Of a stretch of 64,000 nt of DNA, positions 10,536 to 22,309 are shown in pieces; within the stretch, counting starts at the first letter, position 1; every line of letters starts with the position of its first letter. The stretch comes from Rhizodiscina lignyota (taxonomy: Eukaryota), in NCBI GenBank assembly GCA_010015805.1, contig ML978129.1, forward strand, positions 124,001 through 188,000. Direction: 5' to 3'. The translations under genes and the position numbers were made by a program. Below the pieces are notes generated by a model. The model did no database searches, was not told the origin of the DNA, and saw nothing but the letters and a program-made list of their open reading frames with translations.

Positions 10536-10661
10536 GAGATCAAAAGAAGGCATGTTATGATAGAACTGTCATCTTATTACTATCATACCGAGCTCGTTAT
10601 CTCCATACTTGACTCCTTCCACCACCCCTCTCTCACCATGAGCACAACACACACCAGGAAA

Positions 10662-13600
10662 TCACCAACCGCCCTTCTTCTTCTGACCAGCGGTCTTGTA
10701 GACCGCGCTCCTCACGCCCCAGCCCTTGATCAGAGCCTGCAACTTCACTACGTCACCCACGAGCTGGGTGACTCTTGCCTCCAGCACGGCCCTCCAGGCC
10801 CTCTGCAGGACCACCGCCGCACCGACCACACGCACGCGCGTGTTGACGACAGTCGCGCAATCGGCGGCTAGACGCATCAACTGCAGGCGCTTCCTCACAC
10901 TGCGTCTGGCCAACGCCTTCTTGTACCAGCGCTGAATGGTCACCGCAGCGCGGTACGTGATTGTCTGCGGGAGAAGGCGCGACGCGAGGTACGCCAGAGT
11001 CGTGATAGTGAACGACTTAGACGGGACGGAGACGGCTGTTGGGGAGGATGGCGTGAAGAGCGACAGGAAGGAGGCACTGCAGCCAATCGAGCGAAGCTTG
11101 GACGACAGTGTTGCGCGTCTGGAGCTCGAGTACTTCAAGACTTCTGCTTGAGGCACGAATTGGATGTACTCATCCACGATAGCCTCAAAGGCTCGACCAT
11201 CTGCGAATGCAGTCGTGAGGTTACGGATGTCGACGCCGTGAAGTTTGCCCACGGAGCGGGCCCAAGTATGAAGCATCTTCGTGAAACGATCTGGGTCGTC
11301 ATCATCATCATCGAAATCCATTATGTCCGACCAGTCATCGTCGATGGAAGACTTCTCCTGCAAGCGGACAAGTTCGCGCTTCAAGACACTCCAATCCAGC
11401 AGGACTTCAAGACCACACTTCCCGACCAGGCTCCATAGCAGACCAAGGGTCTTCTCGCGGTGACCGTCGACGATATCTTCGGCAGTGACAGATTCAGCGA
11501 TGCGACTCGGGAGTCCTTTCAGACCCTTCAACGCACTGAGGGACACCTGGACATTGTACAGCTTCTGCGTGCGGCTGATACATGGCAGCTTCAGGTGCTG
11601 TGACAACACCCAAGAATCCTCCTCTAGGCCGTTTAGATTGCTGTTCAGCATCTCGCCAGATGGAAGCGTCACTGTAACAGTGTTGTCTTGGATAGAAGAG
11701 AGCTTTGCGTGCGTGAACAACGACAGCTCAACAACACGAGCGAGAAGCACTCCATCTCGGAGATCGGCCGCAATATTCGAGACAGCGTACTTGTACTCCT
11801 CAAGCGGGCGCTGTACATGGCCCACTCGATAGTTGATATGTCCAAGAGACCTCGTCACGTCTCCGACAGAGGGGAAGAGCATCGAAGCGACAGCTTGCAG
11901 GATGGATACCGAAGACTTATGCAGCGAGGAAGCTTGGAATAGGCAACCCGGGATGATGTTGGAAGACTTGCCCTTATCCAGTAGAAGGATCAGCATCAGA
12001 CTGCGCGTCATCGTCTTTCTCCATGCCTCAGCTTGAGGTCCACCATTGATCTGGTGATTCTCGATATTTCGAGCAATGTTCGCAATACTGCCAACGTCGG
12101 ACTTTGACTTGGTGGCATCTTCGTGGCGGAGGATGAACTTGTCGATGTACTGCTCCAAAGCTCTTCGCATGATCTTCGACTGCCTCTCCGATTCTGGTGC
12201 TTGCTCCGAAGTCTCTGATAGGCGCATTGGCATTGTAACTTCTCGACCGACGACAGCTTCGAGAGCTGCCTTTAAGGCAGTGTGGTCATAACAGTCCAGC
12301 CAGAGATCGATGAACTTCCGTTTAAGGCCAGTGTCCACCTTGATCCGAGAGGCTTTGTCGACCATCTCCTTGGGGATTGCCAAGGCACCCATGCCCCATA
12401 GAAGAGAAATTTGCATGCGCTTGTAGAGCTGAACGACGTCGTCGGCATGGTAGATAGCGAGGACTCCGCGACGTAGAGATGTGTCAGATTCACTTGGAAC
12501 CACATTGTGCGACGTCGACTTCTCAAGCAGATGATTGAGTAGCTGACTCAATGCAATCTCCTGATGCTCCAGCCAATGATCTTCGTAGAGTTCTGGATGC
12601 GCGAGGTCATCGGTGATCAAAGGATGTTGGACTTGTCGAATTGTGCGTTTCTCAATCTGCGAGGATTGGATGGCGGCCCATGCCGACGGATCAGGGCGAA
12701 ATTCCCGGAGTCCCTGACGCTTGGTTGGTGGTTCCCTCTGTTTTGAGGAGACTGACGAAGTGATCGAAGCTTTGCTCTTAGATAAGGCGGACTTGGACTT
12801 TGTCGCTGAATGGTCTCCCTTCACCGCCTTTGCGGGCGAAACAGGCGAGAGATTTTCTGAAGCAAACCGCTTCTTGCTCGAAGATGTAGAATCGCTCTTC
12901 TTTGCGTAACTCGTAGCTGCTGTGGATGACAATGGAGCTGAACTAGATGTAACATTTAGTTGATTCAATGTGGTTTGCTGACTCTTCTTGCCTTTTGCAT
13001 CATCAAAGTGAATGACGATGTCCGCTGGTCCAGCCTTCAAGTCAAGATGCAGCACTTTGCCTGGCGGGATATTTTCTTTTCCACCGCCTTGACCAAGCAC
13101 ATCTTCTACATTCATGACATTGGCTGCACCACGCGAGCTAGGCTGGAGCGGCGCGCGTTTGGGCTTTGCCGCCAGACTCATTCTGGGGGCGCGATTCTCA
13201 GGTCGCATCACTTGGTGCTGAGGTGAAGCGTTCTCTTCGTCAGACATGGTAACGAGTTCAAGTCCAATATCTGGAGAGTTTCGTCGTCTGCGAGTGTCGC
13301 GAGGTTGATGCTGTGATCTTCCGGGAAAGATATTGACAAAGGTTGTGTCTTCAGAAGGAATGAACATGGTGCCTCGCCGTGGGCCGTTGCGCAGTTGCTC
13401 GCGAAGCACCTCTGCATTCACTCGGCGGTTGTGGTGCGCCAGGAAGGGATTGGTGCTGGTGGTGGCGTCCGTGCCTTCTTCCGCTAGCGTAGAGATTCTC
13501 CGTCTTCGGGAGCCAATTTCTCGTTGCGCGCAGGCAACCTTCGCCTCCGACTGCCGTCGTGGTTGGGGTGGCAGTTGCTCGCGCGGTACAGGCTCGGCAT

Positions 13601-14015
13601 ATCCACGTGCAGCAGGTGCAATCGGCATTCTCATCGCAGGTCGCTCCAACATCGAACTTCTCTTTGCTCTTCCTTCGTTTGTAATTATTGGGCCGCGTGC
13701 TTGAACTTGCTCATGGCGCCGCTGGTTGTCCTGGTCCCGCCCTATGTCGTCCCAAATATCGAGCGAAGGATTGAACGAAGGTCGCGCCATCATGGCGGTT
13801 GGTCGTCTTCTTGGTTTTGCGTGTCGCAATTGAGTACGCCACTCAGTAGTGAATTCGACATTCTCAGTGTCTTCCGTGAGATCGGGCAGATTTTCAGCAT
13901 AACCGCCGTAGGTACGCGGATCGTTCGCGAAGGAGACGCGAGCGCGTCGCGGGAAGGACGAGTTCGGAATGTTATCGCCGCCAGGGCACGGCGTAGCCTG
14001 TGAGTATCTGCGCAT
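10662..14015 (-). CDS. ASPM/Sha1-like calmodulin-binding protein with calponin-homology domains and IQ motifs
   Basis: CH-domain motifs (VSNIAADLRDGVLLARVVE, QKLYNVQVSL, AEDIVDGHREKTLGLLWSL, IRNLTTAFADGRAF) and IQ motifs (AAVTIQRWYK, AAVVLQRAWR, VVKLQALIKGWGVR). Intronless, 1117 aa. Confidence 0.85.
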   Translation of the reverse strand: MRRYSQATPCPGGDNIPNSSFPRRARVSFANDPRTYGGYAENLPDLTEDTENVEFTTEWRTQLRHAKPRRRPTAMMARPSFNPSLDIWDDIGRDQDNQRRHEQVQARGPIITNEGRAKRSSMLERPAMRMPIAPAARGYAEPVPREQLPPQPRRQSEAKVACAQREIGSRRRRISTLAEEGTDATTSTNPFLAHHNRRVNAEVLREQLRNGPRRGTMFIPSEDTTFVNIFPGRSQHQPRDTRRRRNSPDIGLELVTMSDEENASPQHQVMRPENRAPRMSLAAKPKRAPLQPSSRGAANVMNVEDVLGQGGGKENIPPGKVLHLDLKAGPADIVIHFDDAKGKKSQQTTLNQLNVTSSSAPLSSTAATSYAKKSDSTSSSKKRFASENLSPVSPAKAVKGDHSATKSKSALSKSKASITSSVSSKQREPPTKRQGLREFRPDPSAWAAIQSSQIEKRTIRQVQHPLITDDLAHPELYEDHWLEHQEIALSQLLNHLLEKSTSHNVVPSESDTSLRRGVLAIYHADDVVQLYKRMQISLLWGMGALAIPKEMVDKASRIKVDTGLKRKFIDLWLDCYDHTALKAALEAVVGREVTMPMRLSETSEQAPESERQSKIMRRALEQYIDKFILRHEDATKSKSDVGSIANIARNIENHQINGGPQAEAWRKTMTRSLMLILLLDKGKSSNIIPGCLFQASSLHKSSVSILQAVASMLFPSVGDVTRSLGHINYRVGHVQRPLEEYKYAVSNIAADLRDGVLLARVVELSLFTHAKLSSIQDNTVTVTLPSGEMLNSNLNGLEEDSWVLSQHLKLPCISRTQKLYNVQVSLSALKGLKGLPSRIAESVTAEDIVDGHREKTLGLLWSLVGKCGLEVLLDWSVLKRELVRLQEKSSIDDDWSDIMDFDDDDDDPDRFTKMLHTWARSVGKLHGVDIRNLTTAFADGRAFEAIVDEYIQFVPQAEVLKYSSSRRATLSSKLRSIGCSASFLSLFTPSSPTAVSVPSKSFTITTLAYLASRLLPQTITYRAAVTIQRWYKKALARRSVRKRLQLMRLAADCATVVNTRVRVVGAAVVLQRAWRAVLEARVTQLVGDVVKLQALIKGWGVRSAVYKTAGQKKKGGW

Positions 14016-14745
14016 GGTGGTCGCGAGTGCGCGAGTCTCGTTTATTCGGAGAATATGGCGTACAGGGTAAAATACATTTCTTGATGTGTAGAGAAAGTCG
14101 AGAGTATTCTATCGACGTCCCCTGTTCACGATGTTTGAAGATCTCCCCATTGGGAAAGTTTCGTTGCCATAGGCAACCACAACGCCTCACTCTCTTCTAA
14201 GATTTATGCTGCGTTATTCCATAAAATCTAAATAATATATCTCCTTACCACTAAATGCATCCATCACCGACTTATTGCTTTAGAGTATCTTTCTGATATT
14301 ACTGGGCTATCTGACGGCAGGAGGATAGTAGACACATGTGCAGTGGGCGCCTCGGACTTGGAGATTTCAAGTATACAAACGCTATTGTTCTGATGCTCTA
14401 AAGCTAAATTGTTCAACTTGTACATTTGCAAAACTTCGTGCAAGCAGATTGTTTTTCTGATCACCTCCAGACCAGAAGACGGGGTAGTGGATTGTGCTCA
14501 TCCGATTCAGGCCTAGCGCCAGCCCTATCGCTTATCCGTTGCTCCCCCACGCGTCCAATGCAAATGCCCCACTTTTGACTTCCACTGCCACTGCCCTCAA
14601 GGCAAGCGCAACAGCAAGCGCAACCGCCAACCAACCAACCTCTAACAAAGCAACGCTCAAAACGAACTTCAAATGGCCGCCACTAAACGTTACGACCTCC
14701 GTAGTAAGTAAACTCGACCTCCGAAGTCTCTGGAACCACTCTATT

Positions 14746-15621
14746 ATGCGTTCGGTATCACCCATTTCAGAAAAGCCCCCCAAAGACAGCCCCTCGAAGC
14801 GCAAACGCAGCATTTCAGACCCCACCGTCCATCAGTTCGCACCTCACCTTCGAGAAGAGATCGCCGGTGAAGGGTCATATACAGACGCCCAGCTTGCGGG
14901 TGCAAGAAGCCCTAGGAGCTTTGTTGCTGAGAAGCTAGGGGACCTGAAGCTGACGGGGACGACGTTGTCGGTAATTCGCTTCTGCGGGGGGGCTGATGGC
15001 GTGAATGGCGATAGAGCGAAGAGGAACAAGAAGGTCAAGTTCTCTGGGAAGAAGGATAATGGCGTGGGAGAGGAGCAGGATGGTAAGGCGGGCGAGTCGC
15101 TAAAGGCACAACCGAAACAGCGAAGGCTAAGGAGCCCGCCACCGCCTGGCGATGAAGAGGTCAGGAGCGAGATAGAGGAGACACCAGAGCCGCCACGAGC
15201 CTCCTCGCAGTCGCCATCTCCATCGCTTCAATCGACAATCAATGTGATACCGGCCGAGTTGCCCACCGCAGCAGCGCCAGCCGATTCATCGGCGTTCCAC
15301 CACTCAGGCTCCCCTTCCCCGATGCCAGCGCCTCAGCAATACTTCGACGAATCTGAAGGTCGCGAGTTTGCCGACGCGCTGGACCCAGATGACGATGGTA
15401 CTGGTATCAACGGCGTGGGATACAAGCCGACGCCTGCTATGGCGTGGCAGCGTTCACAGAAGCGAAAGCAGCAAATCCAGGAATGGCGTGCAAGAGAGAC
15501 GAAGGAAGCAAGGCAGAGGAGGCTCGAAAGGCGACACAAGACTGCAATCGCGGCAGGCGGTGATGGTGGCGCCAGAGGCGGAGCAGACGACGTACGAAGG
15601 ACTGTCAGGTTTGCCGTTTGA
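14746..15621 (+). CDS. Conserved fungal hypothetical protein (low complexity, basic C-terminus)
   Basis: First in-frame ATG is at 14746 (MRSVSPISEK). C-terminal block DDDGTGINGVGYKPTPAMAWQRSQKRKQQIQEWRARE looks like a conserved segment. Confidence 0.7.
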   Translation: MRSVSPISEKPPKDSPSKRKRSISDPTVHQFAPHLREEIAGEGSYTDAQLAGARSPRSFVAEKLGDLKLTGTTLSVIRFCGGADGVNGDRAKRNKKVKFSGKKDNGVGEEQDGKAGESLKAQPKQRRLRSPPPPGDEEVRSEIEETPEPPRASSQSPSPSLQSTINVIPAELPTAAAPADSSAFHHSGSPSPMPAPQQYFDESEGREFADALDPDDDGTGINGVGYKPTPAMAWQRSQKRKQQIQEWRARETKEARQRRLERRHKTAIAAGGDGGARGGADDVRRTVRFAV

Positions 15622-16173
15622 GCGCCTTGATCTGGCCTTACGGTACAGTCCGCCCTGCGGAATCGCGGAGTTGAAAGCCTATCACGAGCATTGCATGCTC
15701 GGCGCCGATTGGTATTGGCCAATGGCACTGGGCAAACCGGTATGGGAACGGAGTGAACGGGCTGGATGATATCATGATTGGATGGATTAGGTTTACAGCA
15801 TGAGCAGCATTCCAATAGCGAATGCGGACATTGACAGACATGACTGCTCTCTCATGGCGTTCGATTTCTTACAAATCGTAAAATGCCAAGTCAATTTTTT
15901 GATATCCCTCTCTCAAATTAATTCCCCATAGGGCCTTGGGCCGCGCCCCATCCGTGGTGGATCTCCATCTTCCGAATCCCCGGAATGAATGCCTAAGCTT
16001 GTCGCTTCGTGAGATGCTCACAAATCGTCGCCGCCTTAATAGCCTAACGGAAGTCTCCTTCTCCGGCCAAACTCGTCCGCCTCGCAACTCGCATCTCAAA
16101 CAGCAAACGGACGGCGACCTTCGTGAAGTCTGGAACGCTACCATTGACGGCAGAAGCCGTGATCCTCCAGGAC

Positions 16174-16645
16174 TCAAGGCACGATGCTCTTCTTCTCCTC
16201 ATCTGAGAAGGTGGCTTCGCCCTGCTTGAGTGCGCGAATCAGCATGCCGAGCCTGTCGTCGTTAAAGTCGCTTGCTGAGCGCACTTTGTCCAGGTCGTCC
16301 GCAAGCGCGGCAGTTACATGACGCAGGTAGAACTGGGAGAAGTCGTCGCTCTTTGGCGGCGCTCCTGTTGGGGGTGTTGGAGTTGACTCTTCGTCCTCGG
16401 GCGCAGAACGCTCCGTCGGGGCAACATTTTGGAGCGCCATTTGAGAGGTTTCATTATTCGTATGGCTGTCGCTGGTGCCATTGGCATCTACCTCTCCCTC
16501 ATCTGGCCTTGGTGGAGATACGTCTGCCAATTGTTAGTGGTGCAATGACGAATCGCGAAGAGTTTGCTCAACCTGCTGTGCGAATTTTGCTCTTTCTCTT
16601 CTTACGCGGTTCCGACGAGCCATTAACACCTTTGCTCTTCGCCAT
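16174..16645 (-). CDS. RSA3: Ribosome assembly protein 3; intron 16524-16572
   Basis: Exon 1 MAKSKGVNGSSEPRKKRKSKIRTA, then a GTTGAG...CTAAC...CAG intron. C-terminal FSQFYLRHVTAALADDLDKVRSASDFNDDRLGMLIRALKQG matches the Rsa3 signature. Confidence 0.85.
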
Positions 16646-17199
16646 CTAGAATTGCTAGAATTCTTGTCGTCGTCTGGTAATGGGTTATGAGGTCTAAGAG
16701 TGTGGGCGCATTGTTCGTGAGAGTGAGAGCTTTCCTGAAGGCTGAAAATTAGTTTTTCATCGACTGGACTGGCGTGGTCGCAAATCCACTCTCAACCAAC
16801 AATATTTTTTCCACCGAAGTCTCCATCATGAATTTCTGTATTAGTGTTCTTTCGACTGCAAAGTGGTTTTTCGAGCTCGAACCGCTGCACGGCTGTGCGC
16901 TTAAGCAAAGCAGAAGGTCAACATTACGAGCCGTCGAATCGGTAAAGTTCAAATATTCTGTCATGTTTGAGAGTGTGGTAGAACCATTTCTTTTAATGTA
17001 TCCAATTATGGTACAAGATTATTAAGTGTAGCCTCACTACTTGATACAATCATAAGAAATCATCAAAAGTTGCCATAATGTGGAGCTACATATGTATGTG
17101 CTCGTGGTATGCCCAAACGCCCCAACAATGCTCAAAAACCACTCTATAAGTTTTATCCAACAGAAACCCCTGGTACTAAAACAACACTTGTAAGTAAAA

Positions 17200-18912
17200 T
17201 CACGCTGCAACAGCTTCGATCTTCTTGTCCTTCAAGTTCCTCCGGTCGAAGATGATGGTGGCAATAGCAACCAGAGCGCCAACACCGGCCAACGCGATTG
17301 CCAGAGCATACGCGTCCTTCAAACCAATCATGTATGACTTGATTGCACCGTTGAGCTGTGCCCCAGAGACAACCTTCCTCAAGTCCGTTGCACCTGTTCC
17401 GACAATGACCTTTGGGTTGAGGCCATGGACGTTCTGCTCGACAGCGAGGAGGAGGCGATTGGAGAAGATGGACTGTGAAACGGAGATGAAGATGGCGCCG
17501 GCAATGGTTTGAACGAAGAGAGTCAGAGAGGAGACCGATGAGACGTCTTCGGGCTTGGAGATGGCTTGACCGACAATGACGGGAATCTGCATAGACAGAC
17601 CGGCGCCAAGACCAGCAAGGACCTGGTAGCCGATCCAGTTGGAGCTGGGAGAGCCAACGTCAAGAGTGTAGATCAGACCAGCACCAATAGTGCTCATGAC
17701 AGCACCGAGGATCATGAGAATCTGGTACTCGCCAGTGATAGTGATGACGACGCCAGAGACAATGCTGCAGAGCGAAATTCCGATGACGTACGGGATGTTG
17801 CGGACACCGGACTCGGCAGCCGATACACCAGAGACGACCTGGAAGTAGATGGGGAGATAGTAGAGGAGCACGAAGAAGCCTGCGTTGTTGAAGAGTTGGT
17901 AGACGAGGCCGAGAGAGATGGTCTTCTGCTTGAGAAGGCGTGGAACCATCAGTGCGCGCTCGCCAAGCCAGATCTCCCAGCAGATGAAGATGATGATAAT
18001 GACACCCGCAGCAACGAGAGTGCCAATGACATTGCCGTCGGACCACTTCTTCGTGACACCACCCCACTGGAACGCGAGCAGGAGGCAGACAATACCGCAG
18101 AGTAGGAGGGCGGTTCCACCAAGATCCATCTGGAGGAGCTTCTCCTTCCATGTGGCTTGTACTGGCTTCGCTTGCTTCGGTACGGTGAAGAAGAAGAGGA
18201 TGATCAGAGCCGACACGCCGCCGATGGGCAGATTGATGTAGAAGCACCAACGCCATGAGAGATGGTCGGTGAAGACTCCACCAAGGAGCGGGCCGACGAC
18301 GGATGCTACTGCAAAGGTTGCACCAAGCACGCCTGTCAATGCAGGGACCTTCTCTGGAGGCGCGGAGAATCCGATGATGGTGTATGCGCCGGATGCGACG
18401 CCAGCACCGCCCATACCAGCGATCGCGCGGCCGACAATGAGTGTCTTCGAATCTTGAGCGACACCGCAGATCAAGCTACCGACCTCGAAAATGAACATAG
18501 CCGCCAGGAAGGCCCATTTCAGTGACATGAACTTGTAGGCTTTGCCCCAGGTGGATTGGAATGCGCCGACCGTCAGGAAGAAAGCCGAGCCATACCAACC
18601 GACGTCCTGGAGGGATTTGAACTCGTCCGTTATCCTGGGGATCGCGGTAGCCACGATGGTCATATCGAGTGCGACGAGAAAGATGGTGAGAGCAACACCC
18701 CCGAGAATGAGGACTAGTTGGCTCAAGTTCGGGTAGAGAGAAGATTCGACTCGCTCGAGATCGGCGCCATTGGCCTCTTCTACCTGGACTTCTTTGGCCT
18801 GTGAAATGCTGGAGGCGGCCGAGGACACAGGAACCTCTGCCTCAGGCTGACGTTCCTTCTCGAAGTCTTTCTCCATATCGTGAGATATTTGAGGCGGCGG
18901 TGTTGAAGACAT
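17200..18912 (-). CDS. MFS drug:H+ antiporter, DHA2 (14-TM) family, GliA/AflT-like toxin efflux pump
   Basis: Motifs [63 protein letters not shown] and YYLPIYFQ. First ATG is at 18912; the ORF track starts at an upstream TTG. Confidence 0.92.
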   Translation of the reverse strand: MSSTPPPQISHDMEKDFEKERQPEAEVPVSSAASSISQAKEVQVEEANGADLERVESSLYPNLSQLVLILGGVALTIFLVALDMTIVATAIPRITDEFKSLQDVGWYGSAFFLTVGAFQSTWGKAYKFMSLKWAFLAAMFIFEVGSLICGVAQDSKTLIVGRAIAGMGGAGVASGAYTIIGFSAPPEKVPALTGVLGATFAVASVVGPLLGGVFTDHLSWRWCFYINLPIGGVSALIILFFFTVPKQAKPVQATWKEKLLQMDLGGTALLLCGIVCLLLAFQWGGVTKKWSDGNVIGTLVAAGVIIIIFICWEIWLGERALMVPRLLKQKTISLGLVYQLFNNAGFFVLLYYLPIYFQVVSGVSAAESGVRNIPYVIGISLCSIVSGVVITITGEYQILMILGAVMSTIGAGLIYTLDVGSPSSNWIGYQVLAGLGAGLSMQIPVIVGQAISKPEDVSSVSSLTLFVQTIAGAIFISVSQSIFSNRLLLAVEQNVHGLNPKVIVGTGATDLRKVVSGAQLNGAIKSYMIGLKDAYALAIALAGVGALVAIATIIFDRRNLKDKKIEAVAA

Positions 18913-20836
18913 TGTCGATGTGTTTCTCGCTGTCTCAGTAATTGTTGCAGTAGTTTCGATATTTGCTGGACGGGCTTCCAATTTGTTTACCGGCCGCAGG
19001 CTCAGATCCAGAATGTTTCGAGGCTGATAAGGCTTGTTGTGGCGTTACGACAGATCAGGGGAATTGTCTGTGTGATCTGTGCCCACTTGTCTTGCAATCG
19101 ATGCAAAGGAATGTGCAGTGTGCACGACAAGACTTGAAGTGAGGATGCAGGGACAAGAAGCGGAGGTGGAGAGTGTTAAATAATAAAGAAGAATGAAAGA
19201 AGAATTCCTTAACTTACATTGCTTGCGAGATCCACTTTTGCAATCGTGTTCGCAATCACGCACATAACGTTATGTCCACACGCGCGGCGATTGGACCGTG
19301 TACGGAAACAATTTCGACCGCCGCACAGTGGAGTCATAGAGCAAAAGGGATGCGCCATGGAAATGCCACAGTAACGATGGAGACCGCGCCATTACAAAGC
19401 ACGTCCATCTGAAGCTGAAAGCGAGACGGGATGCGCGAGAGGGACCAAATGAGAGGGTTGTATCGAGGCCATGTTTCCGTGGGTTATGGCTCCACACCGG
19501 AAGTCTGCCTAAGGAGCCTCAACGCGACCGTGGCGGCGCCGGAACGGGCAAGGCGGTGAACATGGGCCATGATGAATCATGGTGAATCTACGCCCTAGCG
19601 CGCTGGGCAAGTCGTAGATTTACGAGATAGGGCTCGAGGTGTGCCTGGCCTTGGCTGGAAAAAGGGAAGAAAACGGGAAGAGCCGACGGACAACTCTACG
19701 GACGAGCAAAGTCGGCGGACGACACAACTCCTTTCACCCTCTCCTTTACGATCCTCCCCGCTGATTGGGCGATAAAGGCTGTGTCTCGGAGTAATCAAAG
19801 CTGCCGTTTGGGCGCCGACCGGACGAAGAAAACCCCCTTATGGTGAAAAGCAGAAAGTCGCATTTCTGTCCGACAAAGACGATTGTTGTTGCATCATTCA
19901 GACTCTAACCGCTGCAGATTGCTGCCTGCTCTTCATGTTATCGTCCTCGGGATTCGTCCAACTACAGAATTGGCATGCGCTGATATGCGCCTGCATGTCG
20001 TCAGGATACTGCCCTGATGCAAACGCCGACGAAGTCGGTCTCCCAAAACCAGGCTGAAGAGAGTACGAAGACGCCCTCAAATCCTCAGACACCAATGGCT
20101 TTGCTATCGACACGCTGGGAGTGAGACAGCGCACAATGATACTGGAACGATTGACATGCTTCTCCTAAGGTTGACAGGACTTCCCGCAAAGAGTTCGAAC
20201 TCCGCATTTTAGCTCTGAGACAACGACGGCACACAATCCCGATTACGCTGAATTGAGTTCTGACATAAGACTCCACGAGATGGATCTTAAGCTTAAAAAC
20301 TCGGAACTGGCAACCTTGGAACGCCGAAAATGCCACGTGAGATCGGGGTTAACGTTCTCACGTGGGGAGATCAGCGCAAACGTTGCCGTGATTGGGCAAA
20401 GCCGCGTACTCCACCTCAATACGATGAAACGAGCATCGTCGATAATCTCACTGCCTAACGTTACTCGCGACATCCATTGCTCTCTCTAGTTCGGCAGGTA
20501 GCTGCGGTCACGTCTGTCTCCTTCGCACTGATCTTGTTCTTGTGACTCCTCCCTTCTAGCCTCTGCAAGTGGCTCTCCGTCCAAAGTCCCCGCGCTTTTT
20601 GGGACTTGGAGACCGTGGCTGTGCACAGGCGTCGCTGTGGACAACAAGAGTACGGGACCAATCTCCACTGAGATTCTTGGCTCCAAGGAGCTAGTCACCC
20701 GTTGACTGTAGGGTGAGGTCCATTGGATGCCAACAGTAAGACGACACGAGAGACCAGCCCGCTCTCTTGCAGCAACTGCTGGCTTTGTCATCCCGATCCA
20801 CTACATGAGCTTTGTATACTAGTAGCATACGCCACA

Positions 20837-22309
20837 ATGCGTGACAGCCTCTCAATCCGCCTGTCCTCCTCGACTTCACGGGATGGACCCGCTCAGGAGT
20901 ATTTCGACCATTCCTCCGCTCCCCGGATCAACACCGACTCGGTTGTCATATCCAGCCTTGAGCACCAATACCCCAACCGCCATATCAGCATCGTTCCAGA
21001 GTACTCTGCCAATCTGCTAGCCTTTGCCTCAGCTGGCCATGCTCTGGCTCTCCCAGATCCGAACGCTAATGCCACTGAATCTGGCCCGCTGAAATGGACG
21101 TCCTATGTCCCTCCGGCGCACCGCTTGAATGGCCAGCAGGGCATTCTGGCTGAGAAGGTGCTGTTCGGCAAGTACAAGTATGCCTACCAAGAGGCCGAGT
21201 TCATCCTTTACATCATTGAAGGCCGCGATGGTTATGGCGCATATCCAAATGTCCGAAACCAGTATCTCGTCTCCCCATCCATGAGCAGTAACGCAGCCGA
21301 CGCATTGGTTATGGCAGCCGGCCAGTTCGGCAATCAGCTGCATAACGAAATATGGGTCTTCAACTTGGGAGTGTGGACGAAGGACCGCGCACTGTGGGAG
21401 TCTGTGCAAAAGAGTCATTGGGACGATGTCATCCTTGACGCGGAGATGAAGAAGAGCATCATTAACGACGTCACGAGGTTCTACGATTCGCGGGACACGT
21501 ACTCGAAACTCAAGGTCCCGTGGAAGAGGGGCATTATATACTACGGCCCTCCGGGAAACGGCAAGACGATCAGCATCAAGGCTATGATGCATACCCTTTA
21601 TGACCGGCCCGATCCTGTTCCAACGCTGTACGTCAAAACGCTTGCGGGGTATGCTCCCCCAGAATATATGCTCGGCTCAATTTTTGGCAAGGCCAGGGCG
21701 GAGGCGCCTTGCTACCTTGTTTTCGAGGACCTTGACTCCATCGTGTCGGACAACGTGCGCTCGTTCTTCCTCAATGAGGTCGATGGACTGAGTTCGAACG
21801 ACGGCATTCTGATGGTGGGCTCGACGAACCATCTTGATAGGCTGGACCCGGGCATCGCGAAGCGACCAAGCAGGTTTGACAGGAAGTACCTGTTCCCGAA
21901 CCCAGTGTTCAAGGAACGTGTGCAGTATGCACAGTTCTGGCGGAATAAGCTTAACGGCGAGAATGGGAATGAAGAGGTCGAGTTTCCGAAAAAGATTTGT
22001 GATGCGCTAGCTGAGATCACGGGCGGATTCAGCTTTGCTTACATGCAAGAGGCATTCGTAGCGGCGCTACTGGTCATCGCCGGACAGAAAGACACGTTCG
22101 ACGCGAATGGGGAAAGATTGGACTACAGTGTCATGGCCCAGAGCATGGGAGAGTACTTCGTCGAGCACGGAGGAGGGAGTCGAAAGAACAGTGAGAGCGA
22201 TGACAACGACTTGGAGAAATACATTCTTTGGCGGGAGCTCAAGAAGCAGGTAAAGATTCTGCGAGAGGAGATGGGCAACGAAGATGGCAAGTCAGTTTTG
22301 ACTTCTTGA
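20837..22309 (+). CDS. Single-domain AAA+ ATPase (fungal BCS1-related family)
   Basis: PWKRGIIYYGPPGNGKT (Walker A), LVFEDLD (Walker B) and STNHLDRLDPGIAKRPSRFDRK (SRH). First in-frame ATG is at 20837. Confidence 0.88.
   Translation: MRDSLSIRLSSSTSRDGPAQEYFDHSSAPRINTDSVVISSLEHQYPNRHISIVPEYSANLLAFASAGHALALPDPNANATESGPLKWTSYVPPAHRLNGQQGILAEKVLFGKYKYAYQEAEFILYIIEGRDGYGAYPNVRNQYLVSPSMSSNAADALVMAAGQFGNQLHNEIWVFNLGVWTKDRALWESVQKSHWDDVILDAEMKKSIINDVTRFYDSRDTYSKLKVPWKRGIIYYGPPGNGKTISIKAMMHTLYDRPDPVPTLYVKTLAGYAPPEYMLGSIFGKARAEAPCYLVFEDLDSIVSDNVRSFFLNEVDGLSSNDGILMVGSTNHLDRLDPGIAKRPSRFDRKYLFPNPVFKERVQYAQFWRNKLNGENGNEEVEFPKKICDALAEITGGFSFAYMQEAFVAALLVIAGQKDTFDANGERLDYSVMAQSMGEYFVEHGGGSRKNSESDDNDLEKYILWRELKKQVKILREEMGNEDGKSVLTS

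Noticed and set aside
19898..20720. Hidden gene or pseudogene in the MFS/AAA intergenic region
   Set aside because: Only short ORFs with non-ATG starts and no recognisable domain.
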